Both the position numbers and the translations under genes were made by a program. The notes under the pieces were generated by a model. That model made no database searches, was not told where the DNA came from, and saw only the letters and a list, made by a program, of their open reading frames with translations. This document shows, piece by piece, positions 31,202 through 39,556 of a stretch of DNA of 45,435 bases; position 1 is the stretch's first letter, and each line of letters opens with the position of its first letter. The DNA lies in assembly GCA_035267815.1 (NCBI GenBank), contig DATFLK010000023.1:1-45435 (forward strand), read 5' to 3'. The stretch is from Mariprofundaceae bacterium (lineage in GTDB: Bacteria > Pseudomonadota > Zetaproteobacteria > Mariprofundales > Mariprofundaceae).

Positions 31202-31951
31202 TCATTCGTCGGTGGATGAAAGCTTGGCCCAGGCGCCGCTCAAACCGAGTGCCTCGAGCAGCGCGGTGTGATCCGCGAAGCGGCCGATCAGTCTGCAGGT
31301 CGGTTGCGGATCCAGCTTGAGCAGCGTCGGCGTGGCGACGATGTGATCGGCCGCCGCGCTGCGCGGATGCTTGATGACGTCAAGCACCTCCAGATGGTAG
31401 TGCCCTCCCCAGGTTTTCAGGGCGGCCCTGATGTTCTCCTGTGCCTGTACGGAGTTGGCGGTCTGACCCGCGACGTAAAGCCTCAGGTCGAGAGCCTGCC
31501 CGGTATGTACGGCCGCCTCCGGAACCGGTTGTGCCGCTGCGGCGGGGTCCTGAAGAAGACTGTCGGCGATCTCGCGCAACTGGGCTGCCGTGATCGGTTT
31601 TCGGCACACCTCGAAGGCCAGGTCGTTGGCCCGCTCCGGCCGTATCAGGTCGTCGAGCGAGCGGTCGAAGGCCGTCACCATGTAGACCGGCACCTTTGGC
31701 AGGAAATCGCGCAGGCACTCCAGCGTTTCGATGCCGTTCAAGACCGGCATCATCAGATCGAGGAAGATCAGATCCGGGGTGAGGGCCTTGGCGCATTCGA
31801 TACCTTCGCGGCCGCTTTGTGCGGTGTCGAGGGTATAGCCGGAGTCCTCGATGGCCGCTTCGTACAGCTCGAGCGCATAGATATCATCATCGATTGCCAG
31901 AATATGTTTGGCCTGTTTGTTCACACCTGCCCCCATGCCCTTGTCCGACAA
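31202..31951 (-). CDS. response-regulator receiver domain fused to a KaiB-like domain
   Basis: 249 aa. REC residues are intact (DDD, LIFLDLMMP, MVTAF, CRKPI). After an Ala/Pro linker, aa about 153-237 (nt 31241-31495) read LRLYVAGQTANSV...LDVIKHP...IVATPTLLKL.P.P...LIGRF, matching KaiB conserved blocks. The start codon is uncertain (TTG 31951, ATG 31936 or GTG 31924). Confidence 0.85.
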   Translation of the reverse strand: MSDKGMGAGVNKQAKHILAIDDDIYALELYEAAIEDSGYTLDTAQSGREGIECAKALTPDLIFLDLMMPVLNGIETLECLRDFLPKVPVYMVTAFDRSLDDLIRPERANDLAFEVCRKPITAAQLREIADSLLQDPAAAAQPVPEAAVHTGQALDLRLYVAGQTANSVQAQENIRAALKTWGGHYHLEVLDVIKHPRSAAADHIVATPTLLKLDPQPTCRLIGRFADHTALLEALGLSGAWAKLSSTDE

Positions 31952-32019
31952 GGATATACAGCCTTGTAATCGAAAGCAAAAACCACAATATTTTAATATG
32001 ATAGCGTCTGTGGCGCGAG

Positions 32020-32736
32020 CTATCCGCCGATCTCTTTGGTGGCATGTTCGATCATATCACGGACACGCTCCACCATCTTGTCGCGTGGCGTATCGGTCAC
32101 CTCCTGCGGCGGGATAAAGGGAAGGAAGCGCACGGTAATGGTGCCGGGGCGTTTGATGAACGAGTTCTTGGGCCAGCAGAGGCCGGCATTGTGGGCCATC
32201 GGCAGGATGCCTGTACCGGCCCGGTGCGCCAGCATGATGCCGCTGGACTGGTAGTTGCCGGTGGTGCCCGGCGCGACCCGCTCGCCTTCCGGAAAGATCA
32301 CGATCCAGCGTCCCTGCCGGATAAATGCCTGCCCCTGTGCAATCACCTGCTTCAGTGCCGCGCGCGGGTTGCTGCGCCGGATGGCAATGGCGTTGAGCGC
32401 CCACAGGGCCCATCCGAATACGGGGATATGGAAGAGCTCGCGTTTCAGCACCCATACGAAGGGTGGTATCAGTGAGGGCATGGCAATGGTTTCCCAGGCG
32501 GACTGGTGTTTGGCCAGCACGACGCATGGCGTATCGGGAAGGTGTTCAAGCCCCTCGAACCGGAAGCGGATACCACAGATCCACTGTGCCAGGTGGATGA
32601 TGGATGCGGACCAGCAGCGTCCCCAGAACCATGCCGGTGAAAAACCGAACGGGCGGCTGAGCAGCAGCAGGATGGAGAACAACATGGTTGCCAGCATCAT
32701 GCAGAGATTGAACAGGGTGGAGCGGAACATGAGCAT
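32020..32736 (-). CDS. plsC: 1-acyl-sn-glycerol-3-phosphate acyltransferase
   Basis: 238 aa. N-terminal TM, acyltransferase blocks AKHQSAWET (H-x4-E variant of H-x4-D) and VIFPEGER. Confidence 0.86.
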   Translation of the reverse strand: MLMFRSTLFNLCMMLATMLFSILLLLSRPFGFSPAWFWGRCWSASIIHLAQWICGIRFRFEGLEHLPDTPCVVLAKHQSAWETIAMPSLIPPFVWVLKRELFHIPVFGWALWALNAIAIRRSNPRAALKQVIAQGQAFIRQGRWIVIFPEGERVAPGTTGNYQSSGIMLAHRAGTGILPMAHNAGLCWPKNSFIKRPGTITVRFLPFIPPQEVTDTPRDKMVERVRDMIEHATKEIGG

Positions 32737-32739
32737 TGT

Positions 32740-33300
32740 CTACGGCTCCAGTATGGCATTCACGGCGGCTGCCAGGTCGGGATAGACGGCAATGCCGGGA
32801 TGAAGCGAGTCGGCCTTTTGATGGATCGCTTCGGCATCGCCATAGCCGCTCTGTACCAGTACGGGTATCATGCCTGCAGCCACGCCCGCTTCCACATCGC
32901 GCAGCGAGTCGCCGATGAAGAGCACCTCGCCGGCCCGCCCGGATAGGCCGAGCGTCTGCAGTGTTTCGTACAGCATACCAGGCATCGGTTTGCGGCAGGC
33001 ACAGTCGTCTTCCGGTGCATGGGGGCAGTAGGCCATATGGACGATTTCGCCTCCGGCATCGGTGATGGCCTGCATCATCTTGGTCTGAATGGCCTCGAAG
33101 GTGGCATCGTCCAGCGTACCGCGCCCCAGTGCTGACTGGTTGCTGGCAATGGCCACGGCGATGCCGGCCTTCGTCAACCGGGCAATGGCTTCCAGGCTGC
33201 CGGGAATGGGCTGCCACTGTTCGGGCGTCAGTATATAGTCGGGTGAGTCGAAGTTGATGACGCCATCCCGGTCGAGCACGACTGCACATACCTGCTTCAT
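32740..33300 (-). CDS. gmhB: D-glycero-beta-D-manno-heptose 1,7-bisphosphate 7-phosphatase
   Basis: HAD motif I VVLDRDGVIN, Zn-loop CPHAPEDDCACRKP, and motif FIGDSLRDVEAG. ATG 33300 (MKQVCAVVLDRDG) is preferred to the track start 33336. Confidence 0.86.
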   Translation of the reverse strand: MKQVCAVVLDRDGVINFDSPDYILTPEQWQPIPGSLEAIARLTKAGIAVAIASNQSALGRGTLDDATFEAIQTKMMQAITDAGGEIVHMAYCPHAPEDDCACRKPMPGMLYETLQTLGLSGRAGEVLFIGDSLRDVEAGVAAGMIPVLVQSGYGDAEAIHQKADSLHPGIAVYPDLAAAVNAILEP

Positions 33301-33377
33301 GCAGCGAATGTTGAAGCCTGCGGGGCAAAGCTGCAATCTGTCGTCTGCTGCTACTGCAGCATTGAAAGGATCAATCT

Positions 33378-33662
33378 ATGCCGGATACACCGAAGCAGAA
33401 GCAGTGGAAGCCCAACGCGAGGGATGCGATCTTCGTGGTCATTGTGGTGGCCGTCGTGCTGGTTCTGAGCCTCAGCAGCCACAAACGCATGACAAAGGCG
33501 ACCCCGAATGACGCCACCCACATCCACGCCACATCGCGCGAGCAGTGTATGCACTGTCACAGTGCCGGGGGCGTGCGTCCGCAACCGAAGGGACATACCA
33601 AAGAGGGCCAGTGTTTCCTGTGCCACGCGCAGCCGAAGGACTGGGTCGGGAAGGCGAAGTGA
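33378..33662 (+). CDS. small membrane-anchored diheme c-type cytochrome (paired CxxCH module)
   Basis: 94 aa. One TM (AIFVVIVVAVVLVLSL), then CMHCH (nt 33546-33560) and CFLCH (nt 33612-33626), with extra His residues as possible distal ligands. AAGGA RBS 8 nt upstream. Its stop overlaps the nadK GTG. Confidence 0.72.
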   Translation: MPDTPKQKQWKPNARDAIFVVIVVAVVLVLSLSSHKRMTKATPNDATHIHATSREQCMHCHSAGGVRPQPKGHTKEGQCFLCHAQPKDWVGKAK

Positions 33663-34531
33663 GCAGAAGCGTCGGCATCAGTATCAAGCCAGGGGCTCAG
33701 CGGGCGCTCGAGCTGGCAGTCGAGCTGGCCGGCTGGCTGAAACAGCAGGGGTTACGGGTGGTCGTTGCCGGGGATGGCTTGGACCGGTTGGACGGAGTCG
33801 ATCGCTTGTCGCTGGAGGAGATGCCTCGGCATGTGGATTTGATGGTGGTCCTGGGCGGTGACGGAGCGCTTTTGCACGTGGCGCGCCGTTTCATCGGAAG
33901 CGATACCCCCATTCTCGGGATCAATCTGGGTCGGCTCGGGTTTCTGACCGAGGCGCCGTTCGCCAATATGCTCGATGCCGTGGCCACCGTGCTGGACGGA
34001 CGCGGGCAGGTGGTGCGTCACAGCAGCCTGCAGGCCACCAGCTGGCGCGACGGCGAGATGCTCCATCGTGGCATGGCCGTCAACGATGTGGTACTGCAAC
34101 GCAAAGAGCACCCGCGCATGATCGAGTTCGAGATGCATGTGGCCGACCAGTTCGTCTTCCGTCTGCGGGCGGATGGCCTGGTGCTGGCTACGCCGGCCGG
34201 CTCCACGGCCTATGCACTTTCGGCCGGCGGACCCATCGTGCATCCCAGTCTTGAGGCCATCAGTGTGGTGCCGATCTGTCCCCATACCCTCTCCAACCGC
34301 CCCGTTGTGGTACCGGACAGTGATGTGATCGAGGTGGTGCTGACCGAGAGTCCTGCGCTGGCCGCCCTGAACCTAGATGGCCAGGAACATATGGCGCTGC
34401 AGGTTGGGGATCAGGTGACGGTGGAGAAGTCCGGTACCGTGTCGCTGGTCTATTTGCCCGGCAGAAACTACTACGGCGTGCTGCGCTCCAAGCTGCACTG
34501 GGGCGGGCCGGCCGCCGAAGCATCCGGCTGA
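33659..34531 (+). CDS. nadK: NAD kinase
   Basis: GGDGALL motif (VVLGGDGALLHVARRF), NDVVLQR, and TPAGSTAYALSAGGPIVHP. GTG 33659 is preceded by GGGAAGG and gives the typical N-terminus (VSRSVGISIKPG). The track ORF from 33545 overlaps the cytochrome gene. Confidence 0.9.
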   Translation: MSRSVGISIKPGAQRALELAVELAGWLKQQGLRVVVAGDGLDRLDGVDRLSLEEMPRHVDLMVVLGGDGALLHVARRFIGSDTPILGINLGRLGFLTEAPFANMLDAVATVLDGRGQVVRHSSLQATSWRDGEMLHRGMAVNDVVLQRKEHPRMIEFEMHVADQFVFRLRADGLVLATPAGSTAYALSAGGPIVHPSLEAISVVPICPHTLSNRPVVVPDSDVIEVVLTESPALAALNLDGQEHMALQVGDQVTVEKSGTVSLVYLPGRNYYGVLRSKLHWGGPAAEASG

Positions 34532-34538
34532 CGCTTCG

Positions 34539-36224
34539 ATGATCTCCGAGTTCGTCATCCGGCAGTTTGCCCTGATCGAGCATGCCCGGCTGGAGCTCAC
34601 ACCGGGCATGACGGTGTTCAGCGGCGAGACCGGGGCCGGCAAGTCGATCCTGGTGGATGCGTTGGGGGCCGCCTTCGGAGCGCGCGCCAGAAGCGAATGG
34701 GTCCGTTTCGGCGCCGAGCGTGCCGAGGTATCGGTGATCCTCTCCGGGGCGGATGCGCGCATCCGGGAGCAGTTGGCGTCACAGGATATCGATGCAGGCG
34801 ACGACGAGCTGATTCTGCGTCGTGTCATCCATGCCGATGGCCGCTCCCGTGCCTATATCAACAGTGTACCGGTGGCCGTGAAGGTATTGCAGCAGATCGG
34901 TGACATCTGCTTCGACCTGCATGGACAGCATGAACATCAGGCGCTTCTGCGCGAGGAGGTGCAGCGGCAGCTGCTCGATGCCCGTATCGAACCGGCCCTG
35001 GTGACTGAAACCCGACAGGCCTTTGCCGCCTGGCAGGAGGCGGAGGCATCCCTTGAAAGGCTCCTGAACGAGCGCGAGGAGAGCGGGCGCCAGAAGAGCT
35101 GGATGCGTGAGGAGCTGGAACGCCTGCAGGGGCTGGAACTGGAGGAGCGGCTGGAGGAGCGGCTCGCCGACGAGGTCGCTGCGGGACGCCATTTTGCCCA
35201 GATCCAGGAGGCGGCTGCTACAGCACTGTCGGCACTGGAGGGTGGCGAACCCAACGTGCGCCAGCTGCTGGCGCGAAGCAGCCATGCACTGGAGCCGGTG
35301 GCCGACTATCGCGCCGGAATGCGTGAATCGCTGCAACTGCTGGAGCAGATGGATGCACTGCTTGGCGAACTGGAGCCCGCCCTGCGCCCGATGCTGGAGG
35401 AGGCGTTTGATGCCCAAGCGCTGGAGGCGGCCGAGTCCCGCCTGATGGTGTTGCACGAGTCGATGCGCCGTTACCAGACCAATGTATCGGGGCTGATCGC
35501 CGAACGCGACAGCCTGGCGGAGCGGGTTGCCCGGATGGATACCGCCGGCTGGGATGAAGCAAGCTGCCGGAAACGTCTGGCGGAGACGGAAGACGCCTAT
35601 CTGAAGGCGGCCGACGCCCTTTCGGCAGCAAGGAGAAAGGCCGCCGACGATCTGATCGAGGCCCTGCGGCCGTTGCTCGATACGCTGGCGCTGGAGGGCA
35701 TGCGGGTGCGCGTCGATATCGACGCGCACCGCGATCGGTCGACGCAGTGGAGTCGGCACGGGTTCGATACCATCACCTTCATGGCTGCCTCCAATCCGGG
35801 CGAGCCGTTCCGGCCGCTGGCCGCCGTCGCCTCGGGCGGCGAACTCTCCCGTTTCGTACTGGCACTCAAGGGGTGCGGCGCAATGAGTCGCATGCCGCAG
35901 GTGGCCGTATTCGACGAGGTGGATGTCGGCATCGGAGGCGAGACGGCCTGGCGTATCGGCGAACTTCTGGCGGCGATGGGTACGGAGCGACAGGTGTTGG
36001 TGGTTTCGCATCTGCCGCAGGTGGCGGCCTGCGCCTCGGGACAGATTCGCATCGGCAAGCGGCAGGAGGGCGACCGCACCGTCAGTACGCTGAAGTTTCT
36101 GGAGGAGGATGAACGGGTGGCGGAGCTGGCGCGCATGCTGGGCGGCAGCGATCATGCCGAGAGTCTGGATCACGCCGGTCAGATGCTGCAGCGGGGGCAA
36201 CAGGCGCTCGAGGTGGCGGGTTGA
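34539..36224 (+). CDS. recN: DNA repair protein RecN
   Basis: 561 aa. Walker A GETGAGKSILVDAL, a long coiled-coil middle, SGGELSRFVLALK signature, and Walker B VAVFDEVDVGIGG. Confidence 0.95.
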   Translation: MISEFVIRQFALIEHARLELTPGMTVFSGETGAGKSILVDALGAAFGARARSEWVRFGAERAEVSVILSGADARIREQLASQDIDAGDDELILRRVIHADGRSRAYINSVPVAVKVLQQIGDICFDLHGQHEHQALLREEVQRQLLDARIEPALVTETRQAFAAWQEAEASLERLLNEREESGRQKSWMREELERLQGLELEERLEERLADEVAAGRHFAQIQEAAATALSALEGGEPNVRQLLARSSHALEPVADYRAGMRESLQLLEQMDALLGELEPALRPMLEEAFDAQALEAAESRLMVLHESMRRYQTNVSGLIAERDSLAERVARMDTAGWDEASCRKRLAETEDAYLKAADALSAARRKAADDLIEALRPLLDTLALEGMRVRVDIDAHRDRSTQWSRHGFDTITFMAASNPGEPFRPLAAVASGGELSRFVLALKGCGAMSRMPQVAVFDEVDVGIGGETAWRIGELLAAMGTERQVLVVSHLPQVAACASGQIRIGKRQEGDRTVSTLKFLEEDERVAELARMLGGSDHAESLDHAGQMLQRGQQALEVAG

Positions 36225-36739
36225 TGACGCTGAAGATACGACCTGCCGGTATCGAGGATGTCGAGGCCATTGTGGGGCTGCTGACACCCTTTGCCGAACA
36301 GCAGTTGATCCTTCCGCGACCGAGGGACGATATCTACCAGCATCTGCAGGAGTTTCTGGTGGCGGAGTATGACGGCGTGGTGGCCGGCGCTGCCGCCATG
36401 CATATCTATACCTCGAAACTGGCCGAAATCCGCTCACTGGTGGTCGACGGATCGCATCAGGGGCGGGGCATCGGCCGCCTGCTGGTCGAGGCCTGTGAGA
36501 AGTGGGGCGCCGGTCTCGGCGTGGTGAATATCTTTGCACTCACCTACGTGCCCGGTTTCTTTGTCGGCATGGGTTATGAGCGTGTCCCGAAGGAGAGTCT
36601 GCCGCACAAGATCTGGACGGTCTGTATCCACTGCGCCAAGTTTGCCGATTGCGATGAAATCGCCGTGCAGAAGCGGCTCTCCGACGAAACGGTCGAGCCG
36701 GTACCGGTGGTGCCGATTCTGGAACGCGAGAACGGGTAG
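36224..36739 (+). CDS. GNAT-family N-acetyltransferase (short ArgA-like)
   Basis: About 171 aa. Acetyl-CoA motif A SLVVDGSHQGRGIGRLLVE. Resembles stand-alone N-acetylglutamate-synthase-like GNATs. ATG 36224 overlaps the recN stop (TGATG). Confidence 0.82.
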   Translation: MTLKIRPAGIEDVEAIVGLLTPFAEQQLILPRPRDDIYQHLQEFLVAEYDGVVAGAAAMHIYTSKLAEIRSLVVDGSHQGRGIGRLLVEACEKWGAGLGVVNIFALTYVPGFFVGMGYERVPKESLPHKIWTVCIHCAKFADCDEIAVQKRLSDETVEPVPVVPILERENG

Positions 36740-36846
36740 GTCGGCCGCGGCGTTGCCGCTGCGGAACGGGGCGCTAGCATGCGCCGTTCCAAGTATTCAA
36801 TTTGAAACAAAATCATGCCGCATGAAGAGTGACGGAGGATGGATCA

Positions 36847-38727
36847 ATGAGCGAACAGGCGCAGAAAGAGACCATGGAGTTCCAGGCGGAGGTGACGCAG
36901 CTGCTGGATCTGATGATCCACTCGCTCTACTCCAGCAAGGAGATCTTCCTGCGCGAACTGATTTCCAACGCCTCGGATGCCGCCGACAAGCTGCGCTTTG
37001 AAGCGCTCTCGGACGAGAGCCTGTTCGAGGGCGATACGAACCTGCACGTCTTCATCGATTTTGATAAAGAGGCGCGCACGATCACCGTCCGAGACAACGG
37101 TATCGGCATGAACCGCCAGGAGGTGACCGACCATATTGGTACGATCGCCAAGTCGGGCACGCGTCAGTTCTTCGAATCGATCTCCGGCGATGCGGCCAAG
37201 GATGCGCACCTGATCGGCCAGTTCGGAGTCGGCTTCTACTCCGCCTTTATCGTCGCCGACCGGGTTACATTGACCACGCGGCGGGCCGGTCTTGGCACCG
37301 AACACGGTGTGCGCTGGGAGTCGACCGGCGACGGCGGTTTTACGCTGGAGACGGTCGAAAAGAGAGATCGCGGCACCGAGATCGTACTGTATCTGCGCGA
37401 GGGGGAAGAGGAGTTCCTCGAGCGCGCACGGTTGACCACCATCATCCACAAATATGCCGACCATATCCCGTTTCCCATCCGCATGCCGGTGGAGGGCGAG
37501 GAGAAGCAGGGGGAGATCGAGACGGTCAACCAGGCATCGGCCCTGTGGACACGACCGAAGAGCGAATTGACACAGGAGGATTACGACACCTTCTACCGTC
37601 ATGTGGCGCACGATTTCGAGGCGCCGATGGCCACCCTGCATCAGCAGCTGGAAGGGAAATACGAGTATACCCTGCTGCTCTATATCCCATCCAATCCACC
37701 GTTCGACCTGTGGGATCGCGATGCCATGCACGGCGTCAAGCTCTACGTACGCCGCGTCTTTATCATGGAGGGTAGCGAGGAGCTGATGCCGCGCTATCTG
37801 CGTTTCGTGCGCGGCATCATCGACTCCAGCGATCTGCCGCTGAACGTTTCGCGTGAGTTGTTGCAGCATAATCCGGCTGTCGAGGCGATGAAGAAGAGTG
37901 CGATCAAGCGTGTGCTCGGACAGCTCGAGGAGATGGCACGGGACGATGCCGAACGCTACGCGAAGTTCTGGGAGGCCTTCGGAACGGTGCTGAAGGAGGG
38001 GATTATCGAGGATGCTGCCAACCGCGAGCGCATCGCGGGGCTGCTGCGATTCTCCTCCACGCACGAAGAGGGGGATACGCAGTCGGCGTCACTGGCCGAT
38101 TACGTGGCACGCATGCCGGAGGGTCAGAAGGCGATCTACTACCTGACGGCGGACAGTTATGCCGCCGCATCGCACAGCCCGCACCTGGAGGTATTCCGGG
38201 CCAAAGGCATCGAGGTGCTGCTGCTGCACGACCGCATCGACGAGTGGGTAACCTCGCATCTGACCGAATTCGACGGCAAGCCGCTGCAGTCGATCACCAA
38301 GGGCGAACTCGACCTCGGCGACTTGGATGATGCGGAGAGCAAAGATGAGGAGGCACAGAAGGCAGAAGAAGAGGAGTTCAAGCCTTTGGCCGAAAGCATC
38401 AAAAAGGTGTTGGAAGACAAGGTCAAGGAGGTGCGGGTGACGCATCGCCTGACCGAATCGCCGGCCTGCCTGGTCTCCGAAGGGTTCGATATCAGTACCA
38501 ACCTGGAACGCATCCTGAAACAGGCCGGGCAGGAGGTGCCCGACCTGAAGCCGATCCTGGAGATCAATCCGAAGCATCCGCTGCTCGCTCGCCTGAAGGA
38601 CGAGAAGGACGAGAAGGCGGTGGCGGAGTGGAGCGCCATCCTATTCGACCAGGCGGTGCTCAGCGAGGGCGGGCAGCTGGAGGATCCGGCCGGTTTCGTG
38701 CGTCGCATCAACGGTATGCTGGTGTAG
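36847..38727 (+). CDS. htpG: molecular chaperone HtpG (Hsp90)
   Basis: [34 protein letters not shown] and [11 protein letters not shown] blocks, full length. ATG 36847 is preceded by GGAGGA at a 7-nt spacing, so it is preferred to GTG 36829. Confidence 0.96.
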   Translation: MSEQAQKETMEFQAEVTQLLDLMIHSLYSSKEIFLRELISNASDAADKLRFEALSDESLFEGDTNLHVFIDFDKEARTITVRDNGIGMNRQEVTDHIGTIAKSGTRQFFESISGDAAKDAHLIGQFGVGFYSAFIVADRVTLTTRRAGLGTEHGVRWESTGDGGFTLETVEKRDRGTEIVLYLREGEEEFLERARLTTIIHKYADHIPFPIRMPVEGEEKQGEIETVNQASALWTRPKSELTQEDYDTFYRHVAHDFEAPMATLHQQLEGKYEYTLLLYIPSNPPFDLWDRDAMHGVKLYVRRVFIMEGSEELMPRYLRFVRGIIDSSDLPLNVSRELLQHNPAVEAMKKSAIKRVLGQLEEMARDDAERYAKFWEAFGTVLKEGIIEDAANRERIAGLLRFSSTHEEGDTQSASLADYVARMPEGQKAIYYLTADSYAAASHSPHLEVFRAKGIEVLLLHDRIDEWVTSHLTEFDGKPLQSITKGELDLGDLDDAESKDEEAQKAEEEEFKPLAESIKKVLEDKVKEVRVTHRLTESPACLVSEGFDISTNLERILKQAGQEVPDLKPILEINPKHPLLARLKDEKDEKAVAEWSAILFDQAVLSEGGQLEDPAGFVRRINGMLV

Positions 38728-38840
38728 CCGTTCGGCAATCCGGAGAAGCCCGGGGCTGCCATGCATGACGGGGCCGGTGCATCTTCTCCACCTGGGCCAA
38801 CATTTGAATGCCGCCGTCTGCTTCTGGCAGGAGTCGCGGT

Positions 38841-39464
38841 CTAGGGCTTCGTTCCCTGTTCGCCTGAGCGGTGCGTCCTTTCATGCTGTGCGAAGTCGCA
38901 GCGCACCTTTTCCAAACTTTCGTGGTAGGCCTTGGCATCGCCGTAATCGAGGAAGCGGCTGTAGTGCGAATGGGCACCGGCCACGCGCCGGGCATGCTTG
39001 ATGGGACACCAGTACTGCTCGGTGCGGGCGGCGATCTCGCGTACATAGGCGATCAGGCCGTTGCCGTAACCGCAGTAGAGGCAATTGAATTTCTCGATGA
39101 TGTTCAGGTAGCCAAGCTGGTGGCGGTCGAAGATCAGGTGATCGGAGCGACGTACCTTCGGGATGCCGTAAACCGGGAAGCAGATGGCCTGGTAGAGGGT
39201 GATGAACAGATCCAGCAGCAGGAAGGGGACAATCAGTGCATAGATGAACGGGGCGGTCAGAAGCACCAGCGGCCGCGCCTCGATGATGTAGCGGAAGAGC
39301 TTGGTCTTCAGCGCCCTGTGCTGCTCCAGAACCTCCTGTTCGAAGTGCACCTTGCGCCCGACGAGTTCGAAGCGCAGCTCCTCCCGTCGCCGTGCCAGCT
39401 CTACCTCGAGATCCTCCTCCAGTTCCCGGATGCGTTCGATCAGGTTTTCGATTTGTCCGTTCAT
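38841..39464 (-). CDS. hypothetical protein: N-terminal coiled coil, hydrophobic hairpin, C-terminal Cys/His-rich domain
   Basis: ATG 39464 is preceded by AGGAG. 207 aa: a charged heptad-like N-terminus (IENLIERIRELEEDLEVELARRREEL), a roughly 35-residue hydrophobic stretch, then CLYC...WCPIKH (CxxC-x21-C-x3-H). I could assign no family from memory. Confidence 0.62.
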   Translation of the reverse strand: MNGQIENLIERIRELEEDLEVELARRREELRFELVGRKVHFEQEVLEQHRALKTKLFRYIIEARPLVLLTAPFIYALIVPFLLLDLFITLYQAICFPVYGIPKVRRSDHLIFDRHQLGYLNIIEKFNCLYCGYGNGLIAYVREIAARTEQYWCPIKHARRVAGAHSHYSRFLDYGDAKAYHESLEKVRCDFAQHERTHRSGEQGTKP

Positions 39465-39556
39465 ATGGTCTCCTCTCCGATCCCACAATAGGCTAGGCGG
39501 GTGGGTTCGTCAGCTCTGCCGCGATCGTGCTATCCTTGATTTCGGGTGACAGGAAG

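Noticed and set aside
34779-36539. 586-aa minus-strand ORF covering recN and the GNAT gene
   Set aside because: It is antisense to recN, which has Walker A/B and the SMC signature. The product is low-complexity and R/Q/L/H/P-rich with no recognisable domain.
36763-36790. Imperfect hairpin (GGAACG..GCGC / GCGC CGTTCC) after the GNAT gene
   Set aside because: The stem is bulged and is followed by AAGTATTC rather than a T-run. There is insufficient evidence for a terminator call.
36801-36823. Possible sigma-32 heat-shock promoter upstream of htpG (TTTGAA ... CCGCAT)
   Set aside because: The hexamers resemble CTTGAA and CCCCAT, but only about 11 nt separate them, shorter than the usual 13-15 nt. 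This is not strong enough to call.
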